This document shows, piece by piece, positions 14,721 to 29,900 of a stretch of DNA of 64,000 nucleotides (positions are counted from its first letter, which is position 1; every line of letters begins with the position of its first letter). Position numbers and translations under genes: made by a program. Under the pieces are notes generated by a model, which was given only the letters and a program-made list of their open reading frames with translations, searched no databases and was not told where the DNA came from. The stretch comes from Chrysomallon squamiferum (Eukaryota > Animalia > Mollusca): assembly GCA_012295275.1 (NCBI GenBank), contig CM022665.1:14260001-14324000 (forward strand), given 5' to 3'.

Positions 14721-15959
14721 TAATCAAGGAGCTGTAAGAGGAAGATATTCTCTTTGTATACCAGCTACGTAAAACTATGGTACACTGTACTTATTTCAGC
14801 CCGGGGCCTAATTGTAGACCATTACTGTCTTCTTCTCTCTAACCATCTAACATACTAACACTAATATTGACTTGAGTAGACAACTCGGGTTGCAAGTTCA
14901 TGTGTCCAATGACACACGTACTTAACACCCGTTGCACCGATTTGCACGTTAATCTTTCCCATTCCTACTCCACATACCACGTTCTACACTGTTTGTTCAC
15001 TACATAGCGTAGCATTAAATGCAATACAAACGTGCCTCACTGTGGGAATTTGAGAATTTCGACTCAGTTTAAGAGTATGAGCTTCTAGACTTAATTAGAC
15101 CAATGACTTGTTCTTCCCCCATAGGCCCAGCAGAACGTAATGGTGTGTAACGTGATAACAATTTAACCTACCCGTGTTTGTATAGGGTGGGGTTAGCACA
15201 CTCGGGATACATACCAAACAACAAAACATATCTTTCTTCACTACTTTCTCAGTTGTACGTCTGTCAAAAAGCAGTAATTGAATGCCTGCATGACTATTTT
15301 GTACACCAGGACAAATAAACCCTGACACCAAATACACACATTACGTTCTCAGTAATACACTTTTCAAAGCACATGATTATCTATGCGATTCTGCTCTCGG
15401 TAATGTAAAGGTTTCGATATCGTAGTGGTTAAGACTTCGGCTTTGAAAGGTATTGGGGCTTCTAGTTTCTGAGTTCGCACTCTGCTATCAGCTCTTCCTA
15501 AGCAGTAACTAAGATGTAAACCTGCTAAACTTTCTCTTTTCTTTCTAATCTAATCAGTTTTCATACGCCAGACTTTACATTTATTGATATATGAATATTT
15601 GTCGCTTCTTAAACAAGTACCGATTTCCATAAAAATAATGTTATCTTTATTTGTAAATATGTCACTTAATATATGTAGTACACATAGATGTGTGTGTACG
15701 TATGCGGTATATGACATTTTTATTCGCATATGTATGAATGCCATCCTATGTCATACAAGTGTGTGTATGTGTGCGTTTGCGTATCTGGCTGTGTAGATAA
15801 TCTGTTATTAAAAAAAACAAAAAACAAACTTGGGCACTAATAACTGTCTTACATAATGTACGACTAACAAACAGATGAGGAATACACAGCTAACGGGACA
15901 CACGGACAAACAAATTAAGGCGTTATCAGAAATACCCCCCGAAAAAACCTATTCCTTTT

Positions 15960-16108
15960 ATTATCATCATTATTATTACTACTACTATTACTACGACTAC
16001 TACTACTACAACTACTACTACAACTACAACTACAACTACAACTACAACTACAACTACAACTACAACTACAACTACAACTACAACTACAACTACAACTACA
16101 ACTGCAGC

Positions 16109-16139
<31 letters not shown>

Positions 16140-16158
16140 ACTATTACTGTTATTATTA
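15960..16158. repeat. Compound (TAT/TAC)n-(TACAAC)n-(TGC)n repeat
   Basis: Direct reading; explains the spurious YNYNYN ORF. Confidence 0.95.
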
Positions 16159-16496
16159 GGCCTGTTATCGTTATTGTTATTGTTATTTACTTGTTTGTTT
16201 AGAGGAAGAGGTAAACGATGTCATTCTAAATAACAACCCTACCGACATCCATGCTACAACCATGCAGGGTTAGTGTGGTTCTGTTACAAGTTTTGAAATA
16301 AACAAAACTTAAAGTGAAACATTTATTTAGTTTTATGGTTTCCACTCAATTAATATGAGTAATAAAGTTGGAAATCATGAATAAAACTTCACGTCATACA
16401 TATTTATCAGTAGAAAAATAATTCAGTGATATTTTTAGCTAACCTCTTTCTTGTTTCCTTTTTTTGTATTTTCAGTCAATTAAAAAATATATAAAA

Positions 16497-16543
<47 letters not shown>

Positions 16544-16677
16544 AAAAATAAAGAATAAAAGAAAACAGAAAAAAGAAAATAAACAAACAGAAACATTAAA
16601 TTTGAAATTATAATCAGTTCTCAGTATTTTGCCAAAATTATTATTATTTTTTTTTAAATAACAACAACAACAACAAA

Positions 16678-16708
<31 letters not shown>

Positions 16709-19700
16709 ATGGAAGTTAACACCCAGTAACTTAATGGAGATAGACTGTCATGATTTTTTTCTTAAAATTACAAAGGATATTGTACAATATCGTATTCAGT
16801 AGGCCTACACCGGCATATACCTTTTTTAAAGTTGTTAATCATCATGAAAATAACAACAACAACAATAATAATAACGGTGGTGATGATGGTGATGCTAATG
16901 ATAATGATGATAAATATAATGTTAATCATGATAATAAGGTTAATGCACTTTTATTTTTGTCTGTAACTGTTGTAAATATAGACATCTATAGACACAGCTA
17001 TACAGCTACACATATCCACTCCTATTCACATAAATTATATCTAGTGATAGAAACAAGAAGCACACACATATGCACCCATATACATAAACACATACAAATG
17101 AAACGAAATGAAACGCACACACGGTCAAACTGACACATACGAAAACACCAAGGTACTTACAGAAATCTAAAGTCATTCACATACACTGACAAACTTAAAA
17201 CTTATACACATCTAGAAACATACAAAGAAAGACATGCATTCAAAACCATAAACATACAAACATACACAGACATGTGCGCGCACAAATACACGTGCACCGA
17301 CAAACAGACACGTGATCAGTATATAAGGATATCTGAAAATTCTATTATCTCCAGTATTACAACAGTTCACTCTCACAAAACCACGTCTGGACAGACACTA
17401 TCAGTTACAAAGCTCATACACAAACTTCATTCCATGCACACGGGAAGACGTTTAACGTAATTTCCCATACATAGTCCTCTACACGAACACATTTTCACTT
17501 TTCTTTGAAACCATTCTAGGAAGACAAGCTGTTTGCTTTGGCCAGTTTAAAGACAACACATGAATAGATGCTAAAAGGTTTATTTTCATAAAGATTGTTG
17601 TCAAGCGTCGACATAATTCCACTAAACCCAGATCCAACGCACACCTTTCTTCTGCAAATCGCTTTAATCTAAAAGGTCCAAAGAGAACGCCTTGCCTACC
17701 TCCACTGTTGATATCTCGAGTAATTTATAGATTACAGTACACACACAAAATAAGACAAGCAAAACGGGCACCCCATTGAGAATACGTCTGGTGTGGAATG
17801 GAGGTATAAGACAGTCCTTTGATAGCGAGACATAATTTCTGTAAGAATGAATAGCTTCCCGACGTGTATTACAACATTTTCATGGCTAAGGTTCACCACC
17901 TGTATTGTCTTCGTACGAAAGCTATTAAATCCAGTCTTGAATGATTATGTAACAATATCCATCGCGGTTTCTTTACTCTAAATTCAAGACAGAAACATTA
18001 ACATTTCATATAGGTTTTTTCTCTCACTCTCTATGTGAAGTGTAGCCAAATACAGACATAACTTTTCAAGAAGTCTCAGAAGTTTAACTTCAAAGAAAGG
18101 GCAGGAAATGGAAAACTCATAGATTAGAGAGGAGAACAAACAGCAGATTTAGAACATTTTACTTACATTAGCATTATATGAGAACATTTTTATATTAATA
18201 TGTTATGTAGTATGCTTATCAAGGTACGTTTTGCATTATATCAGTATGTGTATATATGTGCAAGTGTACATGTTTGTTGCGAATAAATAAATTATTACTA
18301 AACAAGATTTCATTTTGTGTTTGTATTCATATATGTATGTAAACATGCATAATTATATAATTATGTTTATATAAATATGCGTGAGCGTGTGTATTAGCGT
18401 TTGTGTGTGTATGTGTTACTTATCAGTGATATTCATTTCAGTTACTGATGATTCAAAGACGGATTAAAACATAATACTTATTACATTCCAAGTATGTCGA
18501 TCGATTTGCGTGAGCTCTATAATACATCAAACGGTTACGGCACGTTTTACACTGAGGTCACACCCTTAAAGAAGTGTACTTCGCTCTTAAAGCGACATCA
18601 TTGAACCATATAATATATTTACGTAATGATGCGAAAAGCCTACGGCTCAAGTTCCTTATCGTGGCTTTAATGTTCCAATTACAGAGTGAATAATAGAAAG
18701 TGCGCGAAGCAAATCAGATGCTTGCATTTTAAAACACTTCTTCTAGACGATACAGATTTTAAAACGAGATTTCAGTCACTGTAATAGTTAAGAGAGTTGA
18801 AAAAGTCTTCCTTGATATCCTAGACCAATCGATTTCAAACCAAAATTAAGCTGAACAAGTGTCTGCGTGTATGTGTGTGCGTTTGTGCGTGCGTGTGCGT
18901 ACGTGTATGTGTATGGCCATGGAAACAGAAACAGGAGAGAAGATATTTTTTTTCATCGATACAACCACACACAATATACATCGTACACACAAGCACAGAT
19001 TACAATCATTTATTTCTGAACGTGCATTTCTGTCTTGGTTGTCTAAAACCATGTTAATATTAGCATGCTAAAGAGCAGAAACACCTCCCCCCCCCAACAA
19101 CACCAGCATTATTTTAACAGACGGTATCAAGACGCGATCCAAATATCTTTAACACATCAGATCGATATCTTAACCACTGTCCCACCGAGACAGTTTAAGT
19201 GTACGATGAAACGAGGTTAAATATTATTTAGCTTTTTCTGATTCGTTATTCACAGGCGAGGTGACTGGTTATTATATAAACGAAACCTGGCGTAAAAAGA
19301 TCTGAACTGGCGTTCCTTCTATAATGTCCCCACATTAGTATCAGATGCACCACATTAAGCTTATGCACACTGTAATTACTGTTAACCCTTACCCATTCTC
19401 GTGGTTCGCTTGATAGGTTCTGATTTATATATGCTTGACCTTTTCTTTATGGTAACACAGTGCATATTTAATTCGCGCTATTTCTTTATAATTGATTCGA
19501 GATCGCGTAATATGAAATGTGTGCATTCTCGAACAAACTTGTTTTCACCTGACTGCGTTGTTTGTAATAATGTTGTAGCGAACGAGCTGGTGATATATAC
19601 TGAAATATACACCCGTTTATAAAAACAGAACAACAAAAGAAAGGAAGAAAATTAAATAAGAGGAAAATTCGAGGCAAAGGGTGGGAAGGAGAAATAGAAT

Positions 19701-19731
19701 TAGAGAAATAGATAAAGAGAGAGACAGAGAG

Positions 19732-20036
<305 letters not shown>

Positions 20037-20666
20037 CTATATATATATATTCAGCTGTTCAACTTATTGATTACTCTAGAAAACTCAGGACATGTTTATT
20101 TTGTCACCAGATGTGTTAATAAAAAGTAAAAAATTTCCACTTATACCAACGTTGGTCCAATTTTTATGTTTCAGCACAATCATAACAGAACAATAACACC
20201 AGATTTATATGTTATTAACTATTCTTTGCAAATCCTTAGTATGTATGTATAAGTATTAACTTATTAAGATAATGACGATGATGATGATAATAATAAAGAA
20301 AAACAGTGAAATAAATAGAAGGAAAGATTAGCAGAGACAGAAAGACGATTTATTCAGAGAGACAGAGATCATGAAAGAGAGAGAAATGTGTGTGTGTGTG
20401 TGAGAGAGAGAATTTGAGAGAGAGAGAGAGAGATAATAAAAATGTTCTGGAACTTTATTATTTCGGACTTTATTTCTGAATAATTATTAAGTAATTACTA
20501 ACATTACAAGTTTATAATGAAGACGGCCAATTCCCGTGTAATCCTTGGTATGGCATATTATGTCTTATCATTCAGGATATATGACTGGACGGTAAATTGT
20601 GTTTATTAGACACTGCAAATCATAAATACTATCAATGTAACCTATTCGTAATTAATAAATAATTAA

Positions 20667-20699
<33 letters not shown>

Positions 20700-20836
20700 T
20701 GACGGATTTATTACTGTCAAAAATAAATAAATAAATAACAATAAAATAATTTTTTTTAAAGTAAAAATAAAAATAAAATGATATTAAAAAAGTAATAATA
20801 AATTAAAAAATAATAATGTAGTATAACATCGCCTAC

Positions 20837-20921
20837 CTCCAGTAAAACCGTTATATCCATTGCCCAATGCTATGGCCGCAAACACTAGTGTTATGAGGTA
20901 CAAAAGGGTCCTTCCTTGCAT
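20837..20921 (-). CDS. Probable first coding exon (signal peptide) of an unidentified secreted or membrane protein gene continuing toward or beyond the left edge
   Basis: AAAAATGC start context; MQGRTLLYLITLVFAAIALGNGYNGFTG (basic N-terminus, hydrophobic core, small residues); GAG|GTAGGC phase-1 donor; adjoins a CpG/GC-richer segment with a GC box. No downstream exon identified. Confidence 0.6.
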
Positions 20922-21260
20922 TTTTACCCCCGCTTATCGGGTCGCCAACTCCAGTATTTTGCTGGTTTTAGTACGGACCCACTGGACAGCTTAGATCCAA
21001 GAAAGGTAAACATACTGGACTACTGTCTTGTTTTAAAGTACAGCGAGTAGTTCCATCCTCTTGTGGTAGTTGGGTTATTTTTGCGGTACGTTGCGGTTAG
21101 CCACAGTCCGTTAATGACCGTGTCGTGTCTCTAGAACGTGTTCGGTTGACTCTACGCAGCCCTGACGTAAACACGGAATAAGTCGTAGCTCTGTATCTCT
21201 TCTTGTGAAAGGGGCGGAGTCATTTTAAAGAGCGGCAAGCTATTGTGTTGATTGAATGTG
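20922..21260 (-). promoter_or_regulatory. Putative 5'UTR/promoter of the signal-peptide gene
   Basis: Locally GC- and CpG-rich non-repetitive sequence; GGGGCGGAGT GC box at about 21211 and CRE-like TGACGTAA at about 21163. Confidence 0.4.
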
Positions 21261-21427
21261 CCCATTGTATAACAGTGACAGTAAGTTCATCACAAGAGAT
21301 CACAGGGTGCCTTTTACTTATTATGTGTAGTAAAAGGCGGAGAGAGAAATCTGATATTAAAAGGACAGGTGAAAAGTAATGAATTATAATGTGATTTTAT
21401 TTTTAAATTATTTATTTATTTATTATC

Positions 21428-21458
<31 letters not shown>

Positions 21459-21610
21459 TAATATCAAATATGAGTCGGTGTATTCTTAAAAGTATGTGTT
21501 AAAAAAAAAAAAAAAAAAAAAAAATGAAGAAGAAGAAGAAGAAAGATTTATCAGCAATAAAAGTAGAAAAAGTTGTTTTTTTAAATAATGAAAAGAAACA
21601 CATACACAGA

Positions 21611-21646
<36 letters not shown>

Positions 21647-22584
21647 CACACCAACGCACATCGTACATATGCAAATAAAAACACAAGCATATATCAACAA
21701 GTATAAATGCATAAGACTACCTTTTGCTTTCCTTTTGTGAATTAGATGTAAACTGTAAAAGCGAGTAATAACATGCTGCAAGGGCACGGCAATAAACAAA
21801 ACATTACACCCGCTGTCATTTCGTAACAGATTTGCATTTGCGGTCACGAAGAACACAAACAAAACTTTTAATAATTTATTTTTAATACTTGTATACTTTT
21901 GAGATCTATTAATATGTATTATATAATATAAATACTGTTTAACGTTAAGGCCATCGTTTGCTAATAATAAAATTTAACAATGCACACAAAATTTGCAGAT
22001 TATTCGTAGAAGGTGTTAAAATAATATATATAATTTTATATTTTTTTATTATTAGATTTATTATTATTATTTTTTTTTTTTTAGATATGATCAGTTTACT
22101 TATAATTTTTATTTTTTTTTTTTTTTTTTTAAATTTCGATTCGTCTTCAATGAAAAAAAAACAACAACGAACAAACAAACAAAAAAGAACAACCCGACAA
22201 TAACTACAAACAAACAAACAAAAATATAATATAATATACTGACAACAACAAAAAAACAACAACACAAAAACAAACAACAATCAAACACCCCAGAACTTTT
22301 GAAGACGTTGGTTGACAAAAAGAAATAAAAATGACATGAACCGCAGCGGCTTTTTACATTATTAATATATTTATTATTTGGAAAGGCTGGTCTGAAAAGA
22401 AAAACAAATATTTCGACATTTATAAAATGTACTTAGACCATTTATTCGAACTAGTTCAATTTAACAAACTTTATATTCCCGGTCAGTGGGGACATATACT
22501 TACTTAATGCAACAATATATAATGTATTATCCGTTCTACACCGTTAATCCAGTACTGGTTACGTCACACAGATTTCCACATCGT

Positions 22585-22800
22585 CCACGTCTCAGTGCTT
22601 AAGGTGCTCGTATGAGGCGTTACGGACTGCAGGATCAACCCTTCGGATGTATATATTGGATTCACATTCTATTTTAGTCAGTATTCTATTTCTGGTTTAT
22701 CAAACCCAGTGGCATGTGTCTTTCCGTCTACGGGGAGGTGCAAATAAACGACTCTTGCTGCTACTCGAAAAAGAGTTGACCATGTACGGCATCGAGTTTT
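22585..22800 (+). mobile_element. Degraded tRNA-derived SINE copy
   Basis: tRNA-like head (CTCAGTGCTTAAGG...AGGATCAACCC) followed by core GGCATGTGTCTTTCCGTCTACGGGGAGGTGCAAATAAACGACTCTTGCTGCTACTCGAAAAAGAGT, shared with other copies in the window. Confidence 0.55.
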
Positions 22801-23560
22801 TTTTTTTTTTTTTTTTAAATCATCGTTCTTGCTATATTTTTCACAAGTAATAAGCATGTACAGTTAATAAAATATTCGTGCAGTCTTTTATTCTAGCCGT
22901 TTCACCAATAACGAATGGAAGAGTGATTTTAAAAATTTGACTCAAGATAATTAACCCGTAGTTAACCAATGGCTCGTTTAATCATGTCGTGTATTTATTA
23001 TGTTGATATGTTTAACGGTTAGATAAACAAGTGACGTATGCGAAATATACACGAAGGAATGTGCATTACTCTGTATAATATTCATCATTTTAATGTAAAT
23101 AAAAAAGTCGTGTATTGCATGGCTGACAGGTTTGATGAGTTTTTTCTTTTCGTAATTACATTTTTTGAGCTGGCACTACATTTTAGCGTAATTTCTCATT
23201 AATGGTATACTCTGTATAAAATGAATGAAACATATTTAGACCACATACATTTTTATATAGAGTTGTCCTTGATTTTTTTTTTTTTTTTGATTTTCTATAT
23301 TTCGTGCTGCTTTTTTATTATTATTATTTTTAAAAATTTATTTCTACATTTCTAAGTAAGAAATGTCACCAAAAATAAAATAAAATAAAATAAAATAAAA
23401 TAAAATAAAATAAAATAAAATAAATAAATAAAAAATTAAAATTAAAATTAAAAATTTTGATCAGAAAAAAAACAAAAAAACAAACGCTGGGAAATTTTTT
23501 TATAATAAATAAATGGTACAGAACGAACATGTCAGGCTATATATATGTATATACAATTTT

Positions 23561-23747
23561 AATTTGTTGCAAGTCGAGACCTCAACGTTTTGACCAGAAT
23601 AGATATTTGAAAATAACCGCGAGAAAATACATTAAAATAAATATGCACAAGAAGGAGAAATAGTTTATATAGATATATATAGATATATACTTTTTTCAAA
23701 TATCTATTTTGGTAAAAAAAAATTCAAGTGTCGACTTACAACAAATT
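23561..23747. repeat. Imperfect inverted repeat, about 55-bp arms and 80-bp spacer (likely foldback/MITE relic)
   Basis: AATTTGTTGCAAGTCGAGAC...ACCAGAATAGATATTTGAAAA (23561-23613) pairs with TTTTCAAATATCTATTTTGGT...GTGTCGACTTACAACAAATT (23693-23747). Confidence 0.8.
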
Positions 23748-24102
23748 GGCATTCGTTGCTGGATATCCTTTTTTCGTTTTTTTGTTTTTTTATCTAAAGG
23801 CCAAACGAGCAGAGTAACAACGGTAATAGCTCTATCTTGTGGCATGAAGAATAACCAGACCAATCTTCGTTAGAATACAACTATCGATCTGTCCCGTTCC
23901 AACTTCTGGCCGACGAACCAGCATCAACGATTTTAGTTTGAGCTTTCCTATGTATTTGGTGTTAATTCTTTCGTGTGTTTTTGTTCAGCGTTCAATTTCG
24001 AATACTATAGACAATAATGATGATAATCAAATTCTTATTTTGACATACAACTCCTTTAAATCAAAGAATCATTTTCCCAAGTTATTGTTTATTTATTTAT
24101 TT

Positions 24103-24143
<41 letters not shown>

Positions 24144-26670
24144 TAATTATTATTATTATTATTAAAAATAAATAAATAAAATTATTAAGACGTTTGACGA
24201 TTAAATCTGTTAAGTTAATTTCACTTCCACTATACGGACAGGATCTTCCATTCAGTTCTGGAGTATTTTTATATGGGATGTCTTTACAAAAACACCAAGG
24301 ATTCAGACTCGGCTGTCCTGGGTATACTATCTAGTAATGTATACGAGACATAGTGGAAAAAAACAAATGAAGTTGCCTTACGATATCGATTTCACTACAC
24401 TGTATGTTTTATTACCTACATAGGTGCAATATGTAATGTTTTCATCATATTTATTTATTTTTCTTGTTTTATTTTCAATCGTATTTTAAAGACGCCAAGC
24501 AAAACAATACGGAGTTATTTTTTGTTAACGATGAGATTCTTAAATAAGATATATTTAGAGTTATCGACCTTCACTGAAGCAAATGCTGTTTTCGCAATGT
24601 CGGTTATTACAATATGATTTGTAGCATGAATAGATCTATATAGTTTTTACCAATATAGTATTATGGTTATATTAAATTGAAAGTGGGTCAAAAAAACCAA
24701 CAAAAAGAAAGAAACAAAAAGAAAACAAAAACCGTTGTTAAATTAATGATGGACCATCTCATGATTTTTTTTTTGTGATTTTATAGATGATTAAAAAAAC
24801 CTAACACACAGAATCGCTTAACATTTAAAAAAAAAAAAAAAAAAAATGAAAGAAGAAAACAAATTGAAATAAATAGTGAGATTTCTGATATGTGTAAGAC
24901 TACTACATCCAATAAAATATAATACCAGAAAATTATAAATCTGAAGGGACTAAACTACATCTTTCCAGAGTAGTGATGGCCCTGAGCCTCCTTGAATCCC
25001 TGGTGGTATCCAGTAGCTAAGTCCCTGATGAATCCATAGACCTGGCAGGTCTGCATACTTATCCTAGCTGCTCCCACCAATTATTATTGCTTTAAATGTC
25101 TGAGAAACAGCTTGAGATTCATGTTTATTAATATGGAAAATGTCAGGCTTGGCTTGTTAATTTGTATTTTACTTGACAGATATTGCTGATTAACCAGACA
25201 TCAGCGAATATTTTATAACAGTAGTAAGTGAATGTATGCACATAGTTACATTATGTGCATGTGCACACACACACACACATTCAGTTAACTCACTCGATGC
25301 TTCTTTCATAGTTAATAAAATTCGAATGCTGATATTTAAAATCAAAATATTTATTGTTAAAATTAGTATCAAAAATCAACATGTACAAGAATGTAAATAT
25401 TAATACAAAAAAGGAATGTTTGCGAAACAATAATAAAAGATTTATAAAATTAAGAATCAACAGTCATTTAAAAAAACAACATTGTACCTTTACGCATCAT
25501 TTTGCTAACCACAAAATTATAAAGCTATAAACAGTGATTGTAATAGAATTAAAAATATTGTCATAATATTCATGTTTTCCAGGTAAAAAATAGTTTTAAA
25601 ACAATTTTGTATCTGCAAAATTTGTATCATTTCCATTTGAATGATCAGTTTTTTAATTGAAATTAATAATGAAAACTATGAAAAATCAGTCATTTGAAAC
25701 AAGTCAGTGATAGTTTATAGTTATATCCTTCTTGGTATAAAAACCAATGTGATACACACCTATTGTTAGTATGTTAGAGAATTAACAAAAAACACACAAA
25801 TGACAAAAGTGTATAAAAGTTAATTATATTAATCAAACTCAGACTGGACATGGGCTATATTTTATGTAGTGATTTCAAGACTTTCCAGTTGTTTTACACA
25901 CAAAACTTCTTTGTTATGATTAATACATATAATTTTTAAGTGATATACATAATTAACAGTTTGAAACTGTATGTTAACTGAAAATATTAGTATCTATATT
26001 AACTGAAAATGTCGGTTAATGTTATTAGAGAAAATGTCAGTTAATGTCCTTATAGGTTTTAACTGTAATTATGTTTCATAGAAACACTGAAGAAAAATCA
26101 TTTTTATTATTAGATATATGAGTAAAGTCACGAAAAATGGAACACTTCAATTTTTGTCAATATAGGGCTTATTATTTTCTTATTCAAAAAAAATAAAATA
26201 TCCACTCTTTCACAGAAATGGTAAAGGGACACAAACATGGGGTTACCAGTAAAAACACATAACCTTTTTCCATTACAGACACACTCTTATTATTTTGTTC
26301 TGTTTTCATCTCTCTGCATTATTATTGTCAAAAAATAATATCTATTAGGGATAAACATGGACGTGACACATTATACTTAATTGTCTAATCCATAAGCATC
26401 CATTTTAAAACCAAGGCATGCCATTATTTTCTAATCACTGTTTTGGTATGTATGGACCCATATACTCTATAAAAATGCTACAGAAAAACATTTTAAAGGC
26501 ACAAAATTTTGTACTGCTCTTTTTTTTTTTTTTTTTTTTTTTCCACATTTTGTGACTTCACCCATATATATAAAACAAATAGCAAAATCAACTAGTCACA
26601 TAACATAGTTTGAACACAGTTTCAGAACACAGGCATCAAGCAGTATAAAGTTTCTCTATTAATAAAAATA

Positions 26671-26705
<35 letters not shown>

Positions 26706-26834
26706 AAAAGAAAGCTTCAAACTCTAATAATGAACTATTTTGTTTTAAGCACAAAACAACATTTTACTACAAAAACTTAAGATATTTTGAGCAGGATTTC
26801 TAAGGATCAATGGGCTGTTGCTATGACAAAAAAA

Positions 26835-26950
26835 TCAATAAAAACCTAGAACTTTATAACCAACAATTTTAAATATCCATGACAACACATTGGAACCTGT
26901 GCTTTTTCTCTGGAAAGGTTGCTGCCCTCCAGCATAGAGAGCCATGACTC
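26835..26950 (-). CDS. GH3 terminal coding exon 12
   Basis: [37 protein letters not shown], ending at TGA 26837-26835. Confidence 0.92.
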
Positions 26951-29900
26951 CTGTAAAATAAGACATTTAAATAAAAATAAAGAAAAATAAAATTCTTATC
27001 CAAAATGTTTTGAAAACCAATGTAAATTAAAACTGTTTTAAAGCTATATTTTTCTGAATAAATACTAATAAATTATTATTCAATTCCATCCAGTGTCATA
27101 TTATGTAATATTAATACCAATAAATTAAATTTCTATAATTTATATTATAGATGAATAATTCCAACCATTTATTATAATATAGTCATGAAGATTAAAATTA
27201 TATAAATAAATAAAAACATTCTGAGAAATAATTGCTGCAAATAATAATATTAATTATGGCTGAAAATTTTGATCAATTTTTTTTTTATTTGTTTCAAAAA
27301 CAGGATATTTAGTTACAGTTTATATACATTTTTTTTATTTACTTTGACCAGTATGTTTTTATCAAAAGGACACAACACCTTTGAATTTAAATGTTTTTAA
27401 CATTTTACTGCTGCTATGGCAATCAAATAAGGATATAACCTTTATTAACTTTTCTTTTTCACTAATATTTAAGCTATATTAAAAGTAATACATATCTTTA
27501 ATTTGCCATCTGCATTCTTAAAACTATTAAATAAATCTTCTTTGTAATGAATATGATATTATAAGTATCATTAAATATTATATTCACATTGTAAGTAATG
27601 ACTTTAAATTTAACTGCTATCCTTTTTATTTTTGAAATTATTTTTTTGTTTTCAAGAATTATAGTGAAATGTGACCAAAAATTAAACAAAATTTCAGGGA
27701 CCTTTTCTTCCCAACAGACTTTTGACCAAACCTCGGTAAAAAAAAAAGAGTCTGTGGTACATGTGATCGGAGTATATATCTCTGTGTGCATATTTATGTA
27801 TAACCTGTTTAGTTGGTAATCAATATGTGAAACCCATCATATGTGTCTTATCATTATAAAATAATTAATTATATTTGAAGCAAGAGAAATCATTAACATT
27901 AACACATTTTAATTGATGTAAAAATTAATAATGATAACAAAACCCACTCTGCAACTCCATGAATGGCTTTTACCCATTAGCATTGAGAATTAAACCCCCA
28001 TAAGCTATTGTTTTTGATAAACCATCAGGCAGGGTAGACCGGGAAATAACCCAATGGGAGCTCCAGAGTATAGATTCTGCAGCTAAAAAAGCATCTTACA
28101 AGCTAAGTAATAGAGTGATAAATAATACTGTTATATTCATTAACCAGTTATTTTTCAAATACATATTAAAATACCTGGTTCAACAACCCATCCCTTGTGG
28201 TCTGTCCATATGGCCATCTGTTCAGCTGTCACAGTGAATTTTACAACAGTCTGAGTGGACTGTTTTATGAAAACTCGAGAGAAGGACACTAACTGAATCT
28301 GTGGTGTTGGCACACTTGGCTTCATCCATGACATATAAAACTGAACTACCTGTAATGAAAACAAATATCCATAACTAGCCCGGTATATGTTTAAACTGTC
28401 TATTTACAAGATTCATGTGTTTAATGTACATTTTTATAACATCCAGTACATATATACCCATGTAAATCTACTCCTGTTGAGAGTGGTAATGTTAGAAATA
28501 AATTAATTTCATTTAATTTCTGCATTATTTAGGATTGCATCATAACAGAAATAACTGTTCTGGATGAACAGTGAATGCAGCTCCACAAAGCCTTGCTATA
28601 GTCAATATTCTAACCTTCACAGGATAAAGCTGATATCTTAAAATAGTAACCAGTTATTCTATAGCTATGTTTGTCTGCCTGTCTGTCTCTTTATCTATCT
28701 ATAGAGAAAATGTCCAATATGTATATTTGTAATGTCCAGAACGTAAGTTAAAAATATCAGATGTCAATTTAATACCAAATATATGTATTATATAAACATA
28801 TTTTGTTAATTTGTTTCAAATACCTCATCAGTGTCATAATCTCCAACATTCATCACTGTGACTGACCCATGGATATCTTGACCTGCCTCAATAACACTTG
28901 GTGAAATCAGATCTGAATACAGGAAACTACTGTATGACAAACCATATCCAAATGGATACAGCATTTCACCTTTAAAATAGCGATATGTCTTGCCTGCCAT
29001 TGAATAATCAGTCATTGACCCAACCTGAAAATCATTTTAAAATAATAAAAATAGTTTAAAATCAAACAATAACTAAATACAGCCAGTCACTGTATAATCG
29101 GCCATGGATGCATTTTGAAAACAATTTTAAAATGACAAAAATAATTTGAAAGTAAATAACAACTATTACTATATAATCAGTCAACAAATTCTACAACTGA
29201 ACAAAATCAATTTAAAATAGAACTGAGTTGGATAAAAATAGTTTGTTCAACTGGTATAAACAGTTTTTATTCTTTATAAACACTTGTCAACTATCCTGAT
29301 TTACAAGAATTTCTTATGGAGTCTTTACCTTTTTTCACAATCTTCCAATAAAGCCAATAAATATATCAAGAGTTTTATGAAACAGGTAAAGGGAAATAAT
29401 TCTCAGAAGAAAACTATTGATCATGAAATGTGTGGTGGGATAAAAGAATGAAATTAATGTTACAGTAAAAGAATTTTAAAATGTGCATGGATCATAAGAA
29501 CAATAACTAAGTACAGCTTAAAAAAATAAGAAGTGCTAATTATAAACCATTACTGTAAAAGACAATGCACATAAAGATATATATGACATAAAATTGAAAT
29601 TATTTAACATTAAAAAAAAAATAATAATATAATGATTTGAAACCACAAATTCATAAACTCCCTAAAAAATTAAATAATACAAAATAAAACACTAAAAAAC
29701 CAAAAATTAGATTAATCCACTCCTAAAAAGCAATATCTCACCAAAAAACAAAAACAAAACAAAGTACAAGAACATAAACCTCAAAAATTAAAAAAACAAT
29801 TATATAAAAATTCTGAATACAAAAATAAAAAATTAAATACATCCAAACAAAATCAAACCAAAAATCAAACCCAGAAATAACAAGAATAGTTAAATTATTA

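Noticed and set aside
15420-15500. tRNA-like sequence with A/B-box similarity (also at about 7107 and 22590)
   Set aside because: No intact cloverleaf; better explained as decayed SINE heads.
15875-16159. Tyr/Asn/Cys-rich ORF resembling a shell or structural protein
   Set aside because: Entirely explained by a compound simple repeat; no signal peptide or splice support.
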